Below are positions 57,881-64,000 of a stretch of DNA of 64,000 nucleotides, piece by piece. Source of the stretch: the human T2T-CHM13v2.0 reference genome, Homo sapiens; the NCBI RefSeq assembly GCF_009914755.1, contig NC_060939.1, one strand, 5' to 3'. Positions within the stretch are counted from its first letter, which is position 1, and each line of letters starts with the position of its first letter. A program made the position numbers and the translations under genes. The notes beneath the pieces are model-generated. The model worked only from the letters and a program-made list of their open reading frames with translations. It was not told where the DNA came from and searched no databases.

Positions 57881-60070
57881 TTAATACATATTTTAATGGC
57901 AGAGCCTACTCCCCAGTGGCTGAGGATTCTTTCTGCCAGAGCCCCAGCACCCATGCTCAGACTATACTTTGATGAGCCACCTGGGATCCTGAAGCAGCTG
58001 CTCTTCAATGATATGGGGAGGGGGTGGAAGATGTACTTAAACTGTTTATTTACTACAATTTCTAAGTCAATTAATTGAGAAAAAAAATCTAAATAGCTCT
58101 CCCACCTGCGCCCTGGAAGCCTTAGCCAAGTGAAAACCTGTGGGTGTGCATGCATTTGTACTTGATTTTCTAAATATGTGAAGGTTGCAGTCCAAGTCAT
58201 GCTTTTAACTCAACCACATCCTGTGCTTGACTCCCAGCTGTTTGGGAGGTGGTAACTTTGACTGTCCCCTGGGCTTTGCTCTGGTCTCTGGCTGTGCTAA
58301 GTGCATGCCACTTGTTCATATCCTGGTGAGGCCTGTGGAATACACATAAGAGGGCAAATAACTCACAAAGCTGGAAGAGGCTCCCGGATCTAGTCTGAAC
58401 TGCCCAATTAAATGCAGATTAGAAGGCAGGTTTATTGAGGTTTTGAAGTAAAGGAGAGTTAGGGTTAACCTTTATCTAGCCCACAGGTTAGGTATAATAT
58501 GTCACTGGGCAGGATGTGACCCTTTGCCCAGACTTCTTTATCACCATATGACATGGTACATGGAATTCCTGACATTCAAGATACTCTTTTGGATTAAGGT
58601 TTTATCTCCAAGGCATTTGCCTTGGATATTGTCTGGGGGTGGGAGGAGTGAATTTAGATGTTACTATACATCCTCTTGGATTATGACATTCTCTATGGAT
58701 GAAACTTTGGTCTGGTAATATGGCATTTGGGATATAAAGAATTACCACTAAGGCACTGGCAGATTCCACTCACAGTAGGTTACCCTGTATCTTCTGGGGA
58801 AATGGGGGAAGGAAGGGTACTCTAAAAAAGTGGCATCTTAAGGATAAGGAGTAGGAGCACAGAGTCCAAACATCACTAATGTCGCCATTTTTATCCCAAT
58901 CTTATTTTGTAGATGCTAATATCTTAGATAAAACTCAGTGCTTTCTATCAATAGAGGAGGGGTTCTAATGTTAAATGTTTCTTTCTTTACCGCCTACCTT
59001 TCTTCATCTTTGGTGCTTGTCAACATCTAGCAAGCTGTGTATGACACTGATTTATCCTGTTTGTCTCTCTCCTACTTTGCAAGCGTTCAGGGGCCAGAAG
59101 TTTTGTTCTTTTCTTTGCTGTGTTCTTGCTACTAAGGATGGTGCTTAGCATATAGTAGGTCTCTGTAAAGAGTTGTTGAAAGAGTTAGTAAATCCTCATC
59201 TGCTGCCCCTCCAGCCCAGGTGCTCACCTCACTCAACTCTCTGCTAAGTTCCCCTCTCTGTGCACTCATGGTTGGTGAGACTGAAGTATGTGTTGACACA
59301 AAGTTAAAAACCCAACCGCATTATGGAATGATCCACTGGGGATCTGGGGACTAATGTCTCAGTTTCTGATCTCAGTGGCTTATAGGATGCCAGCTTGTGA
59401 AGACTGAGAAATCAGGATGGCATGGACATCACATATGCATTTGCCTGATTCTCAGGACTAAACACACATATGGGATATTTCTAGATTCTTCTAAAAATGG
59501 AAAATAGATATAGGACAATTCTATATTTATGGGACATACGTCTGCTCTACATATTATTGATACCAGTTTGATGACTGTTCATATTTTTGTATTTCTTTGT
59601 GCTTGCAAACTGATGCTTGTTTGAGAAACTGAAGGTTATTTGATGTCAGTGTACCTTGGACAACATTTCTGTGTGCTTTTAAATCCTATAGTCTGTACCA
59701 GATACAAACCAGTAACCACTCTATAGGACCCCTTTACTCCCATGAGATTCTGGAGCACCATCAACAGCAGATACCAGCCCCCTCCACTGGCATGTGTACT
59801 TGCCGATTAGGAGCATAAACCCAGCCATCACTCATATCTAAAGATGAAGGGAAGACATTTTATTGACAGTTGAAGTTATTGAATGGTCCAAGATTAATTT
59901 TTGTTTGGCTTTGAAATGTACTTTACTACTTTCATGTTGCTTAGCTTGTTTCTACTTTTATATTACTCCTGTTTCCTTCTAGTCCTCATCTTCCTTTAGA
60001 ATCTACAGCTTCTTCTGAGCCTTCTGATATTTCTCCTTTAGGGTCCTGAATTCCCATAGGATTATGATGA

Positions 60071-60565
<495 letters not shown>

Positions 60566-60739
60566 ATTTCTTTCTTACACGAGTCTGTTGAGGTTCTTTG
60601 TTTTTTGTTTTCCCCAATGTCTACTGAACTAAATCAAAGCTACTATCTTCTAAAAGAACCATAGGGCATTATAGATAGGAAAAGACCCCTGGCAATCATC
60701 TGTTAACTATTGTGTTAGGGAACTGAGATGCTATCCCCT

Positions 60740-61260
60740 TATTCATCCGTCCATCCACCCATTCATCCAGCAAGCATTTGTTGAGTACTTACTATGTAAA
60801 AGGCATGTGCTAGGGATTGGAGAAGATTTAAAGGTGATCAAAACACATAATCCCATTTTCAAGGATCTTAAAGTGTGGTCAGAGAGTTAGATATCTAAGG
60901 AACTAACAAGAAAGCAGAACAAAAATGTGTTAAATAAAGGTAAAAGTTATACATCCTAGAAGGAATACTTTTGACTAGGGAGTCAGGGAAGATTTGAAAA
61001 GAGAGGGAACATTTGAACTGGGGGTTTCTATAGGTTGTTGATAGGTTGCAAATGGAGTGAAAGAGGCACTTGAGACAGAAGGATGATCGTAAAGCAATAC
61101 TCAGCAGTATAAAAGTATGTGACATGTTCAGGGAACTATAAAGACTGGAGTGTAGGGAGGTACATGGAAGACTGACTGTGTTGGGAGATAAGGCTGGAAA
61201 ACTGGGGAGCAAATCAAGACAATCTGGCCTTAATTCTTTAGGTAATGGAGAACTAGCTAA
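60740..61260 (-). mobile_element. L2 3' fragment
   Basis: cattcatccagcaagcatttgttgagtacttactatgt...gtgctagg. Confidence 0.7.
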
Positions 61261-64000
61261 CATAAGTGCAATTAAGTCTAAAAATTTTGAACATACTTAT
61301 GATAATTTACTACAGCATGGTTTTGATAAGGTAGACTATATAGACATAGATTATGAAGGATGCTTTTTATATTAATTTCTTCAACTTATTGTTATATGTC
61401 TGATACTAAATCATTTGTGCAATTGCAACTGTAAATACTGTACTTGATAAGCCTTAGGGTGTAGTTTAAAAAAAAAAAACTCCACTGACAGAGAACTGGC
61501 ATTGCCCCTTGCATGGAAGTGAAAGACGAGACGCATGTTACATCTGTAATTTTCTTCATGGAATGAGAGCTGTTATACAGCTATAGAAGATGATTCACCT
61601 TCTCAGGCCAAAGGATTAAAGGTGACAGAAAAAAAAGTAAGTACTTTGAGAACATGTAGAAAACAGAAGCTGATGAGCACTGGAGGGCTATAGTCTTATT
61701 AAAGGTGTTACTGAGGACTCTGGTTGTTGAAAGTTGAGTATCAGCAGCATCCCTCATACCTCACACTGTTAAGTGTGTATGGATCCTCCACTTCTGGCAG
61801 AAAGCCACGAATCCATGGGACACAGGGGCTGTCTTAAAGCCACTGGTGATAGTGTGGTACAACCATTGTTTGAATACACATTTATAGACCTTGCTACCCT
61901 CGCTCTGGCCCTTTGAACCTACCATTTGGTTATATCTAATAGTGAAGAAAAATTGGAGAATTCAAATCAACACAATCAGATTGTTTAAAATTTTGCTAAA
62001 GGTTTAGTAAGGACTATAACTGGAAAGTGATTGTTAATTACTGTTTTCTGAACTAAACAATCAGGTGCTTGATCATATTGTGCAAATTTTACTTCATGTT
62101 ATGAAAATCTCCTTTTCTCCACTAGACTGAATAGCTCCCTGGAGGGGAAGTTGCCTGCCTGCCTGCCTGCCTGCCTTCCTTCCTTCCTTCCTCCCCATCT
62201 CTATCTCTCTCTCTTCCTTTCTTTTCCTTTATCAGTGCTTATATTTGGGTATACAGTGACTCAGTGATTACTTGAATGATTTTTCATTCATCATTTCTGC
62301 ATGGTCTCATTGATTAGACTAGATATTCTGCAAGTATTACTTCAGATCCCCCCAAGTGGTGTTTTCTTACCTAGTTACTTATGAAAATCCACATTCAGAA
62401 ATTGCAGGTTATATTCTGAGTTAGACAATGTGAACCTCTAATGGGAATGACTTGTTTTCAATAAAATTTCAAAAGGGGGTTGTGTCTGTATGTGTGCCTG
62501 AAATTAAGTCCAAGACTGGGTTTTTGTTGCTGTGTTTTCTGATATAGCCCTAATGGCCAACACAGCATTTCACCTATAGCATGTGCCAAATAAACATATG
62601 CAGAACAACCTAATAAAATGAAATGGAGAAAATGGGAAGAAACATAAGTTCATTTGAAATCTGACATCTCATGTTCCAACTAAACTCTACATCCATCCTA
62701 TTTCCACCTATGTAGTATCATGAGTTCCCTGTGTGGGCTGTTACGGCAGCTCTGCCCACACCGTCCTTATCTTTCTGGAGTGCTTCGTCTGTTCCTTTTC
62801 AAGCTTCCTATTGTTCCTTTTAAGTGTGCTTAACTAAGTGGGCCACCCATCATAGCTCCTTTCTTTCACCTAATCTTCAGTTATTCCTTCTCAGGTTCCT
62901 TTCTTCAGGTCTAATGTCCCCTGCTACATTTTCAGATGGGTTCCTTCTCTATCACTAATCTTCATGGGGTCATTAAAGTGAGTGCCCCAGATAATATTCT
63001 CTTTGCTTTCATCAAGAGCTTCATTATGCTTTTGGGAACATTACATATAAGCAATTATAAGTGCATATATTTCCTATGCTTTAGTTAAGACTGATTTGTA
63101 ACCTTCCTTTTCAGATGTTACAGAGGTGTAATTGTTGTCTTAGACTTTGGTTTGTAGATCTAATATGGTCATTTGAATGCCTGAATCATTTTGTAACCTT
63201 TTAATAAGCCCAGACCTCGCATTTATTCAAATATGTCTAAACTTGTAAAAGTACTTTCTCCTCTTCCTTCTTATGCTTATTGATTCTTACTTCCTTCATC
63301 CTTTGCTTACTTTTTCTAGCTTGTGGTTTTATTTTCCTCTTTCTCCCCCTTTTCCCTTATTTTCAGATGTATCTCTCCTTCTTCATTTCTTGCTTTCCTT
63401 TTTCAGTCTTTCTCTGGAAATATCAGTAAGTACAAGTAAAGTTTAGCTATGGAATACTAATGTAGGCTGAAGTACTCCAGTTAAAGGAAATTTACGGTTA
63501 GAGTAACGGCAGTTACTCCCTGCTTAGTGAACTTCTGTAGTTGTCTATCAAGTCTGGTCTGCAAGCCGAGGGACAGTTTCCTGCTTCCTCTTCTTCTCCC
63601 ATCCCCATTTCTTCCCCTGGCTTACAGAAGGTTTCTGGAGGATGCCTCAGGCACATGGGCTGGTGATTCTTTCTTCTCTATTTTACATATGGGTAAGAAC
63701 TCGTATGTAATGCTAACCTGAGTTTCTACGAGTGGTCAGCAGGAAATATTTAATTTTGTCATCTAAGATATGAAAATTTTCATGTCCCCAGAGAAGTCAC
63801 TTACCAAGGAACATGAATACTGCTAATAAAAGTTACAAAAGATGAATATAAAAACTGGAACTCAGGCTTCAAATTTACCAGAATATACTTGGCTCAAACC
63901 GATGATCTATGTAGGGTTTTAAAGTTCATTAAGTTGTTTGATGAGTGTGGAACTGATGGAGACAAAAAGAAATTGATGTTCCTGAAAGGAGCATCAGGCT

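Overview
Primate, almost certainly human, genomic DNA rich in Alu, L1 and MaLR elements. The only supportable protein-coding sequence is the first coding exon of RYR3 (ryanodine receptor 3; MAEGGEGGEDEIQFLRT, 45518-45568, + strand). It sits in a CpG-island promoter and is followed by about 18 kb of intron 1. The upstream 45 kb is intergenic and mostly transposon relics, including an apparently full-length ancient L1 (about 9.5 kb with five nested Alus) inserted into an older L1 with its target-site duplication (TSD) still visible. I found no convincing new multi-gene system. The most unusual features are local fold-back or template-switch structures: a 92-bp near-perfect hairpin in RYR3 intron 1 (57292-57519), a 133-bp inverted repeat upstream (12913-13431), and a multi-jump templated insertion in the L1 (4721-4890). 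There are also candidate regulatory motifs (CTCF, tandem AP-1, UPRE/CRE pair, compound microsatellite, antisense splice donor). Repeat subfamily names and most repeat boundaries are recognised by eye and are approximate.
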